Below are positions 37,997-51,361 of a stretch of DNA of 64,000 nucleotides, piece by piece; positions within the stretch are counted from its first letter, which is position 1, and each line of letters begins with the position of its first letter. The stretch is taken from the NCBI GenBank assembly GCA_038087875.1, contig CM075996.1, forward strand, positions 8,930,001-8,994,000. Direction: 5' to 3'. The position numbers and the translations under genes were made by a program. The notes under the pieces were generated by a model. It worked only from the letters and a program-made list of their open reading frames with translations, had not been told where the DNA came from and searched no databases. Origin of the DNA: Malacoraja senta (lineage: Eukaryota).

Positions 37997-38015
37997 ATGG
38001 CCACCTAGTGGTCAG
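37997..38015 (-). promoter_or_regulatory. Candidate CTCF site
   Basis: Minus strand CTGACCACTAGGTGGCCAT matches the CCAC(T/C)AG(G/A)(T/G)GGC core. Confidence 0.5.
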
Positions 38016-38021
38016 ACTCAC

Positions 38022-38104
38022 CAGAGCAGCGGGGTGGGCCTGGATGGTTCCACTCAAATGCTGAAGCTTCTCGTTCACCTGGTCCATCGAGCCGGTCACA
38101 AATA
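38022..38104 (-). CDS. FAM227A: FAM227A exon (FVTGSMDQVNEKLQHLSGTIQAHPAAL)
   Basis: ctcttcag acceptor, gtgagt donor, 83 nt, phase 1 to 0. GSMDQVNEKL matches the recalled GSMHQVNQKI. Confidence 0.88.
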
Positions 38105-39034
38105 CTGAAGAGAATTAGTTAAGTAAAAATAAAATGGACAAGGTTTCACCCAAAGTTGTTCCAGTATCGGTCTGGCCAAACATCTCTCTGCTCAACAACA
38201 CGTCACCACAACCTCCACCAGTTCACCTCCAATGGTCAACCTCACATTCAACAATGCGGATGACATCTGTGCATGGTACAAACAGTGGGTAGGGATGCGT
38301 AGGAAGGAACTGCAGATGCTGGTTTACACCGAAGATAGAAGTAAAATGCTGGAGTAATGCAGCAGGACAGGCAGCATTTCTGTAGAGAAGGAATGGATGA
38401 CGTTTCGGGTTCAGACTCAGTGTGAGGAAGGGTGTCGACCTGAAACGTCACCCATTCCTTCTCTCCAGAGATGCTGCCTGTCCCGCTGAGTTACTCCAGC
38501 ATTTTGTGTCTATCTTCAGCGGGTAGGGATGTCCTCACCCAGTGATACTGGCATCAGGTGAACTAGCACCAGGTACTGTTACTCATTTAAGAGACACGAT
38601 TGAGGCAGATGGGGGTCAGCATTGGGAGAAGGTGCAGTCTGATGAGTGAAGATTAGGTAGACTTTGGACATCCACTTGCTGGTCAAAATATATAACTTTC
38701 AAAAACATTTGAAAAAAAATCCATCCTTTATAGTTAATTACAGGGAGAGGGGTAAAAGGCATTTCCAACTTCCTCTTTTCTTTCTTGTTGATCTTACTTT
38801 GCCCTAATTTAAATAGTTAGCAAATATATTTTGTGGATTTTGTTCCTCCGAGACATCTTGCTGCTACTGTCCCAGTTATCGGGAGGGTAGTTGGAATTCT
38901 CTTCAACTACTACCTTAGTTTAGTTTAGTTTAGAAATACAGCATGGAAACAGGTCCACTGAATCCAAGCAGCCCAACGATTACCCATATACTAGTTCCAT
39001 CATACACACTAGGTACAATTTGCAGAAGCCAATG

Positions 39035-42000
39035 AATAGTAAGATTAAACGAGAACTTACCAGTTTGAAGTTTGATCTTTATTTTATGAGGAGTTGCGTT
39101 GGTGATTACGTGAAGAAGACCCGTCAGGGCTCATGCACGTCAATCTTCAAAGCAGCGGTGTGAAATCACAAAACACCAATAACGAAGTAACATAGTAACA
39201 TAGTAAAAACAAGTAAATTTTAGAACTTCCATCTGACCTTTATGAAAGAGGGTTGGGCGTGGTGGGCACGTAATCACCAACGTAACTCCTCATAAAATAA
39301 AGATCAAACTTCAAACTGGTAAGTTCTCGTTTAATCTTACTATTTTACTTCGGAGTCACGTGAGTGACTACGTGAAGACTTTAAAGCTTTGTGATTTCAT
39401 GCCGCAGATTCAAATCCCGACTTCTCACTGCATTGATTGACTTGGAACGAGAAATAATCAATAATGCATTAATGACATTTGCATGAAAAAATGCAGTAAT
39501 TCATTTATTTGAATAATAGAATTAACAGTATCCCCTTTAACCCAGGGGAATTTAAGCAGAACTTAATATAGTATCTGCAAACAGCCCCGTATTGGCAATA
39601 GGCCAATGGTAAAAGTGTTGAAACACCAAAGTATTAGTTCACCCGGCGGCTGTGAGAATATGGTCGACGGGACGTCTTTCGCCCTGGTCGCCGATGTTGC
39701 TGCTAAATCGAATGGGATGTAAAAACATCAATGTTAACACCTGCAGCAACTAAGACTTGTTTTAACCATCTTGAAATAGTCTGAACTGACGCTATCTTGT
39801 ATGGTTTTTCGTGAATGATAAACAATCTTGTTTTCATATTTCATAAGACCTTTGTAGCCTCAATGTATTGCAACAAATATGTCTTAACACATAGACATGG
39901 ATCCATGGAATATGCTAAAACACTCTTGAATCCTGTCACACCTGACCCTACTTCATTTGAGTAGGTCATAAATGTAAAACATAACATTATCCCGAGGTAC
40001 TTCCATCCTGTGTATCTGTAACTTTTGTAATGTCTGCACTCTCTGTGCTTGTTACAAGTGCCATAAGCATGACTACCTTCATGCTGAATTTGGCCAAAAT
40101 CAGAATCGTACCAAGAGTCCATTGATGAAGTAGCTTAAAACCACTCTATATTCCAGATTGCCATACCTAGGTTTAGAAGGTCTGGAATTAAAATTCCTTT
40201 CATTAATCTGGAAACGAAAGAACGAGACTCAACAGGATGTCTTTCTGACCCAATCAATAAAAAACGAGGACAATGTACTTCTGCCTGAATAAATCGCACT
40301 ATAACTCAACCCCTCATAATAGAGTGTTGAGAAAACCTAAGACATTTGAGACATGTGCCGTACAACATTCAATATTCTTTTGTACACAGAAAATGTTCCC
40401 ATTCTTTACATAATGGGAAAGCAGCATTTACAGAGACACAACCTCAGATTCGCAAATGTACTGCTTTTGCCAGACTGCTGTAAGCCTGTCCACAGTATGC
40501 CCAGACAATCCTCTTTTTAAAACCTGCAAATTAACAGATCCATACAGGCATATAACGGATGTTACTCTCCAATTATCGGATACACCAGTAAATCCCTTCT
40601 TTTGGGAACCTTTATCAGAAACTGTGTCATTAATTCCAATATCAAAGGGAACCATGGCTGCGTAGACCAGTCCGGTACCACCAGTACCCCAGAGGCAGCA
40701 TCCTGCTTCATTTTTGAGACAGAATGATGGAAAATGCATATAAAAACATACCACCCTAATGTAGCGAGAAAGCATCAATCGCTACTGTCTCCCGATGTAG
40801 TTCCCATAACACATATCTCTGTAACTGGTGATTAAGTCTGGATGGAAACAAGTCGTATCTGGCTTCCCAAATCTGACTACTATATCATTAAAATCTTAAG
40901 ATTCAACATCCATTCTTTGTTATCATGGAAATTCCCGTAACCTGGTGTCTGCTACTATATTGAATCTACCTGGTAGATAAATAGCTGAAAGCAAATATTT
41001 GTCAACACACGGTCCAGATTTGATTAGCCAATTTGTCACATGACACCGACTTAATTCCATCCATACGATTAATACATGCCATTGCTGTAGTATTGTTAAT
41101 TTGAAGCTCAACATGCAGATTAATTGTATTAACAACAAGCTTGGAGCTCATAAGCCTTCCAACAGCTGTAAAACGTTGATTCTCCATGTCTGCAAAAAAT
41201 AATGCCTCTTCCATATTCCATCTGTCCACAGATGGATACCATTTCAGTGGCACCAATCCTAGTGCACTGACATCAGTCTGTAAGACCATGGAAGGCTGTT
41301 CAATCAGTATCTTGCTCGGACTACTGGAGACATGTTAAATCCACCATTGCAAATCAGAAGCAGCATTTGTTGTTTAACTGCAGGGCCTATCGAAATGGCC
41401 ACCATACATCTTAGTGCCTTTTCTTTTTGCCGTCTGTAGCTGCTGGTAGTGCAATGGCCCATATTGTATTGTTGGAAATAACACTAATTTTCCTAGCAAG
41501 CTGGCCACCTGTCCTAATTGAAGATTGTTGCTTTTTCAACAGCTTAATGCAACCATCAATCAGCTCTACCCTTTACCCTGAGTAAAATTACTACCCTGTC
41601 AATTGAATCAATTGTGAAATTAAAATAATCAATTGTTGTAAGTGGCGTTAACCTTGATTTCTCTGGATGAATTAAACCCAAAACTTTCAAAAGTCGATTG
41701 AACAATTGAGAGATAACTCACTAATTCTCTTGTTCGTCCTAATTAGGACATCATCCAGCTAAGCCATCAACATCTGTCCTTGGACTCTAGTTAGCCCCAA
41801 AATTGGTTTTACCAATTTAGTGAAATTCTAGGAACTGAAGTTAACCCATTAGACAGAACTTTGAATTGCCATAATTGTTTCATTCAGATAAATTTCAAAT
41901 ATTTTTATCTTACAAATGAACAGACACTGAGTAATATACATCTTTCAGATCTATAGGTGCCATATAACATCTTTTGAAATAAGTTGTTTGGCAGTCTCAA

Positions 42001-43829
42001 AGTCTCCATTTTGAAGTGTCTATACTTCACAACATTTTAAAGACTTGTCAGATCTAAAATACTCCTCACCTTTTTAGGTCAAGAAAATTTAAACATAATT
42101 TGGTGGTTTTGATAAACCACCAAATTACTTGTTTATAGACAAGTTTTCAAATTCAGCTTGAACCTCCATCACTTCTTTTTGTGAAATTGGAGTGTTCTGC
42201 TAGGAACATGCTGGATGGCAAATCACTATTTGGATCGAATCAATTCGAAACCTTTGAATAATACTCAGAATAATGAATCTGAAGTAATTTGCTTCCAATA
42301 TTTGGCTGTTTTTGCCTTAATATGTTCCCATGAGAACCAGGTCCACCTACCTCCTTTGTCACCTGAGTAACTTGTGGTCCCTGGCTCCTGGCAGGAAAAC
42401 CCACGCTTTTTTGTGTTCCCGCTGCAGGACACAAACTGCGCCCCTGCTTCAATGGTCTACTTGTTCCTGGTGTAGGCCCAGGATTCTGTATGATGTCTGA
42501 AAGGATACCTCCTCTTCACAGACTTGCCGACCATCGATGTTTTGATCAACCTTGCTGTTTTTGCCTCATCATCCAACTCTTTCCCACGTTTCGTGAGGTT
42601 TTTCTCCGAAGGGTAAGTTGAGTGACTGCACATTGCTGGGCTTTACAGAGTTGCTGCAACTTGGGGTTGATGGTGGGCAGAATGGCATACTTCCTGAAAC
42701 AATTCATCTCGAAGTGGGCGCTACATAGCAACCCTAGTGCCTCTTGATACATCTCCATCCCTGGCCTCCATCCATTGTTCTTGCAAAAATGCAGTTGTTC
42801 CTCAACCCAGCAGCTTCAATATTCTGTGCAGTTTTATTTCTTAAGCTCACATGCTCTCGCCCATCTGACCCCTTATATCTTGGTTCACTGCTAGTACTTT
42901 CAGCAATACGCAGTTCCTTGGGGTCACGTGCTTTTTTGGCATTTTCATCCATCGTAAGCTACTGGAGCTGATGGACGACAAAATAGTTGATCGTAGAGGC
43001 CACTTCTTCTCCCAGTGGCTCTCCTGACTCTGACATCGGGGCAACGAATCGTACTGCCAGGAGTAGAACATCTGGCAGCTGCCGTCTTCGCTTGTATCGG
43101 CCTCACCGTCAGAGTCAGGGTCAGAACTCTCACAGAGCAGCGAATCGTACTGCCAGAAATAGAACATCTGGCAGCTGCCGTCTTCGCTTGTATCGGAGAA
43201 CTCTGCTGACCCTGTGCACGCGCCTCATCAATGAGGGTGCTATCAAGCAGCCCTTTACTAGGTACTGCTGACCTGGCTTCTGCAGCCTGGCTCTGACATC
43301 ACTCCTCCTGGAGTATGTCTTGTTGGAGCAACCTGTGTACAGGTTCTCCATTGGGAATATCCACTCAGAAAGTGGTATCCAGCCTTGGAGGTGAATCCCA
43401 AACTGACTCTTGCTCCATGGACCTGACTTGCATGTTGGCTAGCGCCCAACTGACGCTGGCTCCGTTCTTTTTCTAAATACATAAGTCCACAGTCGCCCAG
43501 CTCCCAGCCGGCGACTGTTACAGGGGTATGAGGCAGCCCTTCACCAACCGCATTCCCGCGGCTCTCTATCGGCTTTGCAGCTCGTCTCTTGCCCTTGCCC
43601 GTTTTGTTCATGGTGCCTGTGAAAACATCGCAACAGACCACCACAGCAAACGGACCTAAAAAACTCCAAAAAAGTGTTTTACTTACAGAGTTGTAAAAGT
43701 TGTAAAAACTACATTCCACTAGAGGAGCAGACCTCACGTCCGCGAGCGCCAATGCGTCTGACGTAATGACGCGCATGTGCCCTGACGGGTCTTCTTCACG
43801 TAGTCACTCACGTGACTCCCATGTAAAAT
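39035..43829 (-). mobile_element. DIRS1-like tyrosine-recombinase retrotransposon, full-length but decayed
   Basis: Inverted termini and an internal complementary region (39267-39378). Minus-strand remnants of gag, RT (IDLKDVY, WQFKVLSNGL, *LDDV), RNase H (LQTDVS, YLPGRFNIVAD), MT-like (DLFPSRLN...IDAFS) and YR (TISRWLK...HS...ILTAAG*...FQHFY). No TSD. Confidence 0.92.
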
Positions 43830-44788
43830 CTACAAACCAGCGCTTCTTTGGATTGTGGGAGGAAACCAGAGCACTCGGAGAAAACCCTGGGAGAATGTAC
43901 AAACTGCATACAGATAACATTCGCAGTCAGCATCGAACCAGTGTCTCTGGCGCTGTAAGGCAGCAACTCCACCTCTGTGCCAGTGTGCTGCCATTTTGTT
44001 TTTTATTATCTTTTAATTTTCAGATACTTGCTTACATATTTCCTCCTATTCACCTCTTTCTGTTCAGGGCCTTTAGCGCGCGCTCCCATCAATGGGACTT
44101 CTCTGTTAGGACCCATTTTGTTGACGTTTTATCTCACAGTTGTAATAATTTCCTTAATCAACATTACTACACCTTGTAGAAACAAAGAACTGCAGATGCT
44201 GGTTAATACACAAAAGGACACAAAGTGCTGGAGTAACTCAGCAGGTCATGCAGCATCTCTGGAGAACATGGATCGGTGACGTTTCAGGTCGAGACCCTTC
44301 TTCAGACTACAGCTCCTTATATCTAATGGCCGGCCTGAACTGCCACTGACCGGCATTGGCCTACAGCTTCTCCAGCCAATCTCTACTCCATGTTACAACA
44401 CTGGCCACTACATCATTCACCCTCAGTTCACTGCCTTCATCACAGACTCCTCGCATGGTAGTGTAACTAGTTAACCACCGTCTGAAAACTTACTTTCCAT
44501 TTTCTCAGTCTTTGATTCCTCTGCCTTCCAAACTCATTCTTCTGCTTCCTGGCTTGGTTACTAAACCCACCAACCTTCCATGTCCAACTTTTCCATTTAC
44601 CCTTCTGAAACTGTGGCAGCACGGTGGCGCAGCGGTAGAGTTGCTGCCTTACAGAGCCAGAGACCAGGGGTTCGATCCTGACTACGGGTGCTGTCTGTCT
44701 GTACGGAGTTTGTACGTTCTCCCCGTGACCTGTGGGTTTTCACCAGGTGCTCCGGTTTCCTCCCACACTCCAAATATTTGTCGATTAA

Positions 44789-45018
44789 GGGCCTGTCCCA
44801 CTTGGCGATTTTTTCAGCAACTGCCGGCGTCGTATCAGTGTCGCCAAAAGATTTTGAACATTTCAAAATCCAGCGGCGACAAAAAAAATGATGCGACACT
44901 TGAAAAAACATATGTCATACGTCATCACGCCTCGTCACGCCGCGAATCTTTCGGTGACCTGATACGTCAGTCAATGATGCCGGCAGTCACCGAAAAAATC
45001 GCCAAGTGCGACAGGCCC
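44789..45018. mobile_element. PIF/Harbinger-type MITE
   Basis: TIR gggcctgtcccacttggcgatttttt with TTAA on both sides. Confidence 0.82.
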
Positions 45019-46943
45019 TTAATCGACAAATATTTGGAGTGTGGGAGGAAACCGGAGCACCTGGTGAAAACCCACAGGTCACGGGGAGAACGTACAATCT
45101 CTGGTGAATCTCTGGAACTCTCTGCCACAGAGGGTAGTCGAGGCCAGTTCATTGGCTATATTTAAGAGGGAGTTAGATGTGGCCCTTGTGGCTAAAGGGA
45201 TCAGAGGGTATGGAGAGAAGGCAGGTACGGGATACTGAGTTGGATGATCAGCCATGATCATATTGAATGGCGGTGCAGGCTCGAAGGGCCGAATGGCCTA
45301 CTCCTGCACCTAATTTCTATGTTTCTATGTCTATGTTTCTAAGTTTAATTGGCTTGGGTGAAACAAAAAGTAAATTGTCCCCAGTGTGACGGACAGTGCT
45401 AGTGTACGGGGTGATTGCTGGTTGGCGCGAACTCAGCGCTGTATTTCTAAACTAAACTAAAAACTAAGCAGCTGAGAGGGTTCCCAGTCCCTTGCTGAGT
45501 GAGTTTAAACCCTCCTCGACAGTGGTGTCAACCTCTCCACAAGAACCTTGGTCTGCTCCTGTCAACCACAGCCCACTTGGTTTGTGTGAGACACCTCTGC
45601 CTCGCATAGAATGTCCCCCAGTGTCCTGCACCATCTCTTAACAATGTTTTGTTAGTCTACTGTATTAAAAAATCATTATTTGCTTATTAATTTACAACTG
45701 TCTCTAAATACCAAGCAGGATCTCGCTCCCACTTCACTCAATTCCTTGCCTACCAAATTCCGAACCTTTGCATTCAGCTGATCTGCACCCAATCCATGTG
45801 CTCCTTGAGGCCACAGAGGCACAGCGGTAGAACTGCTGCCTCACGGTGCCAGAGACCTGGGTTCGATCCTGACTCTGGGTGCTGCTTGTGTGGAGTTTAC
45901 ACATTCTTCATGCCACCGTGAGGGTTTTCACCGGATGTTCTGGTTTTCTCCCACACTCCAAAGACTTGCCGGTTTGTCATTTAATCGGCTTCTGTAAAAA
46001 TTGACCCTCGTGTGTAGGATGTGAAGGCAGGATAACATAGAACGGGCATACGGGTGATCTATGGTTGGAGTGGACTTCATGGGCCAAAGGGCCTGTTTCC
46101 ACACTGTACCTCTAAACAATCCTTTCCCTATTTCTGATACCCTCATCCCAGGTAACATAGATAATAGTAAGTAAGTAAGTTTATTGGCCAATTATTCACA
46201 TACAAGGAATTTGCCTTGGTGCTCCGCCCACAAGTAACAACATGACATACAGTGACAGTTACAAATGACTCAGCAAACACTAAACATTAATAATAATAAA
46301 ACATTAATGATAAAACACCATTGATCAAACATGTGAACCAACAAAATACCAGATCAAAGGGAGGCTGCTTTTTTTTTGGCTGTTGAGTAGAGCAACTACT
46401 CGTGGATAAAAACTGTTTTTATGTCTGGCTGTGGCAGCTTTGACAGTCCGGAGTCGCCTTCCAGAGGGAAGTGATTCAAAGAGTTTGTGGCCAGGGTGAG
46501 AGGGGTCAGAAATGATCTTGTCCGCTCGCTTCCTGGCCCTAAGGTGCAGGAGTTGGCCATTCGAGCCAGCACTGCTATTCAATATGATCATGGCTGATCA
46601 TCCAAAATCAGTATACTGTTCCTGTTTTTATCCCCCATATCCCTTGATTCCGTTCGCCCCAAGAGCTTCCTGGTGAATTTTCTTTGAGGACTCTCCAGTA
46701 CAATCACATCCTTCCTGCAGTGTGGCAACAGAGAACTGCATAGAGTGCCTCAGATGTAGCCTCACCAATGCTCTGCATAATTGTATCATAACCTCCCCAC
46801 TCTTGTAGTCTGTGCTGCAGCTATTGAATGTAAGTATCCCATCTGCTGTCTTCTTTAATGCTGCAGTCTCATGGATCTTTAGATGTACACCATGTCCCTC
46901 TGTTCCTTGAAACTTCCGAGGGCCATAATATCTACTCACCCGA

Positions 46944-48100
46944 CTCCCCGTTGGATTGCAACCTTGTCGTGGTCGGGGAGCTTGGTGGGCGGCGCGATTC
47001 TCGTCAGCAGCGGCCTCTGCAGTCCGTCTGTCTTTTTATTATTTTTGTCTCCTTTTTATGTAGTTTTTATTTATTTTTTTGTCGGGGTATGTGTGTGGGG
47101 GTGGGGTGGGGACTTTAAAATCTTTCCTCTGCACGGGAGACCCGACCTTTTCTTTGTCGGGTCTCCGTTTGTCGTTGGGGCTGGGCAACGTGGAGCGGCC
47201 TCCAGCAGGAACGACCTGGGGCTCCAGTTGCGGAGCTGCGGACTACTCACCGTCGCGGGGCTGGCCGAGTCCGGAGCGGGTGGAGCTGTGGTGGAGCGCT
47301 GCTGCGACCCGACCCCCGGAGATTCGGAGGCTACAACCACGGGTCTGGCGGACGGCAACACCGGAAGCCCGCGGGTCCCTGGGGGGAGACCGCTTTTCGG
47401 GGCTTCCGCAGCGGCGACTTCTCCCGCCCGAGCTGCGGGGTTGAAGAGCATCTGGAGCGGGGCTTTACATCACCGCCCCGCGTGGCTTGGAGTGGCCGCG
47501 GGACTTTGCGAGCGCACGCCGGGGCTCTAACACCAAGACCCGGTGCGCGACCTTGCAACGCCCGGCGTGGCTTTAATGGCTGCGGGATAATCACCATCGC
47601 CCGCCGGGGGCTTTGACTTTGACTCTGACATCGGGGGGGGGGGGGGGGGGAGTGCAGTGGAGAGATAAGGTTTTTTTTGCCTTCCATCACAGCGCTGTGA
47701 TGGATGTATGTGTAAATTGTGTTGTGTCTCGGGTCTTCTTCGTTTTGTAATGTATGGCTGCAGAAACGACATTTCGTTTGGACCTCAACGGGGTCCAAAT
47801 GACAAATAAATTGTATTGTATTGTATTGTCTCAGTGACCCCTAGAGCAGTGCCAGCGTGATATTCGTCTCCTGTTAGGGTCTCCCATGCTGGACGGGTCG
47901 AAGGGTAGAGGCGAGACGAAGAGCGATCCACTGGTCCTCCAGGTTGGAGGTTGAGCACAGGGCTAACAACCCTGTCTCGTAAAACAAATATGTTACGGAA
48001 ACAGCAACTGAAGGAATCAACACTACTGAGTGGTGGACCTTCGTTGCTGCCCTACATGCCAGGAGGCATAATAGGCAGTAAGTAAGTAAGTAGGTAAGTT
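46944..48100 (+). mobile_element. Bipartite RTE element interrupted by a GC-rich retroposon (about 46985-47829)
   Basis: 5' 40 nt, then the insertion, then the remainder and a (GTAA)n tail. TSD tcacccgac. Confidence 0.78.
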
Positions 48101-51100
48101 ATTCACCCGACCAAAGTGCTTCAACCCGCATTCGTCAGATTAAATTCCTTGTGCCATTGCTCTGCCTATTTTACCACTGATCAATTATGTAAAGATGTAT
48201 TGAGCTAGAGGCCGATCTACAGCCTTCAAGTACTCTCTTCAAGAGAGAGTTGGATTTAGGTCTTGGGGCTAAAGGAATCGAGGGATATGGGGAAAAAAGC
48301 AAGAACGGGGTACTGATTTTGGACCGTCAGCCATGATCATATTAAATGGCGGTGCTGGTTCGAAGGGCCGAATGGCCTACTCCTGCACCTATTTTTCTAT
48401 GTTTCTAATGTGATTAGGCTGTAGATCATTGAGCCTAATCACATAGAAACATAGAAAATACGTGCAGGAGGAGGCCATTCGGCCCTTCGAGCCAGCACCG
48501 CCATTCATTGTGATCATGGCTGATCGTCCCCAATCAATAACCCGTGCCTGCCTTTTCCCCATATCCCTTGATTCCACTAGCCCCTAGAGCTCTATCTAAC
48601 TCTCTTTTAAATCCATCCAGTGACTTGGCCTCCACTGCCCTCTGTGGCAGGGAATTCCACATAGGCTATATGATTACACACATTATAACTCTTTGTATCA
48701 GTACAAGAGGCAACATTCAGATGTCGAAGTAAGGTGTCTGATGAGTCCCTTCTCCATATAAAGTGGTTAGCATTTGACGGGTTCTTCAGTAAGGGGTGGT
48801 GCAGTGACGCTACTGGTAGAGCTGCTGCCTCACAGCAGCCAGAGACTCGGGTGCTGTATGTGTGCAGTTTGCATGTTCCCTCATGACTGCATGGATTTCC
48901 TACGATGCTCCCTACGGTTTCCTCCCACATCCCAAAGACGCGCGGGTTAGTAGGTTAGATGGCCTAGGGTGTAGGGGGTGGATAACAGAACCAGTGTGAA
49001 TGGTTGTGTGGTAATATGGTCAGCGGGCCAAAGGGCATGTTTCCATGCTGTATAAGTTCATAAGTGATAGGAGCAGAATTAGGCTATTTGGCCCATCAAG
49101 TCTGATCTATCTTACCCTCTTAACCCCATTCTACCTTCTTCCCATAACCCCTGACACCTGTACTAATCAAGAATCTATACTATCTCTGCCTTAAAAAAAT
49201 CCATTGACCAGGATCCCACAGCCTTCTGCGGCAATGAATTCCACAGATTCACCACCCTCTAACTAAATCTCCTTCTTAAATGAACGTCCTTTAATTCTGA
49301 GGCCTCTACTCCTAGACTCTCCCACTAGTGGAAACATCCTCTCCACATCCACTCTATCCAAGCCTTTCACTATTCGTTAAGTTTCAATGAGACCCCCCCC
49401 CTCATCCTTGTAAACTCCAGCGAGTACAGGCCCGGTGCCGTCAAACGCTCATCATATGTTAACCCACTCATTCCTGGGATCAGTCTCGTAAACCTCCTCT
49501 GGACCCTCTCCAACGGCAGCACATCCTTCCTCAGATATGGTGCCCAAAATTGCTCACACTACTCCAAATTCTGTCTGACCACCGTCTTATAGAGCCTCAG
49601 CATTACATCCCTGATTTTGTATACAAGCCCTCTCAAAATAAATGTTAACATTGCATTTGCCTTCCTTACTACTGATATCTTTAAATCTGATTCCGAATTA
49701 ACTCCCATTCAGAATCCGACCTTTCTGTCCTGGGCCTCCTCCATGGCCAGAGTGAGGCCCACCGTAAATTGGAGGAGCAGCACCTTATATTTTGGGTAGT
49801 TTACACCCCAGCGGTATGAACATTGACTTCTCCAATTTCAGGTAGTCCTTGCTTTCTCCTTCTTTCCCCTCCGCTTCCCAGCTCTCCCACTGTCTCCGCC
49901 TCTTCCTTTCTTCTTCCTGCCACCCCCATCCCCTCATCATTCTGAAGCAGGGTCTCGACCTGAAACGTCACCCATTCCTTCGCTCCATAGATGCTGCCTC
50001 ACCCGCTGAGTTTCTCCAGCATTTTTGTCTACCTTTAAATCAATCAACTCACTTGACCTGGTCTCATCCTTTCACACACAATCCCATTTGTCCTGTCCAT
50101 TCTTCCTACCACCTTCTCAGCAACATAAAATTACATTTTATTTCTTTCGCAGTTCTGACAAATGGTCCTAAATGGTCCTTGTAATATTAACTGATCCTCT
50201 GTGCACAGGTTATGCCTGACCTGCTCAATAACCTCAGCACTTCTTGTTTTTACATCTGTCACCCCAGCACACAATAGAGAATCAGTCATAGAGAGTGGAA
50301 ACAGGCCCTTCGGCCCAACTACACTAGTCCCACTTGCCTGCGTTTGGTCCATATCCAAACCTGTCCTATCCATGTACCTGTCCAACTGTTTCTTAAACGT
50401 TGGGAAAGTCCCAGCCTCAACTACCTCTTCTGGAGCTTGTTCCATACGCCCACCACCCTTTGTGTGAAAGAGTTCTCTGCCCCAGAGGGCGGTGGAGGCC
50501 GGTTCTCTGGATACTTTCAAGAGAGAGCTAGATAGGGCTCTTAAAGATAGCAGTCAGGGGATATGGGGAGAAGGCAGGAACGGGGTACTGATTGGGGATA
50601 ATCAGCCATGATCACATTGAATAGCGGTGCTGGCTCGAAGAGCCGAATGGCCTACTCCTGCACCTATTGTCTATTGTTACCCCTCAGATTCCTATTAAGT
50701 CTTTTCCCCTTCACCTTAAACCTCTGCCCAGAAGCGTGGCAAGGTACAACCCAACCACAAACGTCTGAAGAAACGTCTGAAGGAAATAGGCAAAGTTTCG
50801 GGCCGAAACCCTTCTTCAGATTGATGGGGGGTGGGGGTGGGGCGGGGAAAAGAAAGGAAAAAGGAAGAGGAGGAGCCAGAGGGCTGAGGGAGAGCTGAGA
50901 AGGGGAGGAGACAGCAAGGGCTACCGGAAATTGGAGAATTCAATGTTTATGCCACTAGGGTGCAGACTGCCCAAGCGGAATATGAGGTGCTGTTCCTCCA
51001 ATTTCCGGTGGTGCTCACTCTGGCCATGGAGGAGGCCCAGGACAGGGAGGTCGGATTCGGAATGGGAGGGGGAGTTGAAGTGCTGAGCCACCGGGAGGTG

Positions 51101-51361
51101 AGGTTGATTAATGCGGACCGAGCTGAGGTTTTTCCAGCATCTGCAGTTCCTTCTTAAACACAAACGTCTGAAGAAGGGTCTCGACCCGAAACGTCTCCAA
51201 TTCCTTCTCTCCATAGATGCTGCCTCACCCGCTGAGTTTCTCCTGCATTGTTTGTCTACAAACCCTGAAAATGCAGCAAGGAACATGCCCCTGGTTCCTG
51301 CGCTCCTCCTGCTCCCTCCAAAGACCTCTCGCACCTGCCAGGTTCATCAACAGAAGGATGC

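Larger units (their letters stand above)
38105..51361 (-). other. Candidate U12-type (minor) intron with GC-AG ends in FAM227A
   Basis: Donor GCATCCTTCT versus U12 consensus RTATCCTTT. Branch point TTTACTTAAC (38127-38118) versus TTCCTTAAC, about 15 nt upstream of the AG. Confidence 0.6.

Noticed and set aside
46883..47798. Several 120-215-aa ORFs and a CpG island-like stretch suggesting a gene or promoter
   Set aside because: They lie inside a nested repeat insertion with a retroposon tail, and no recognisable domain is present.
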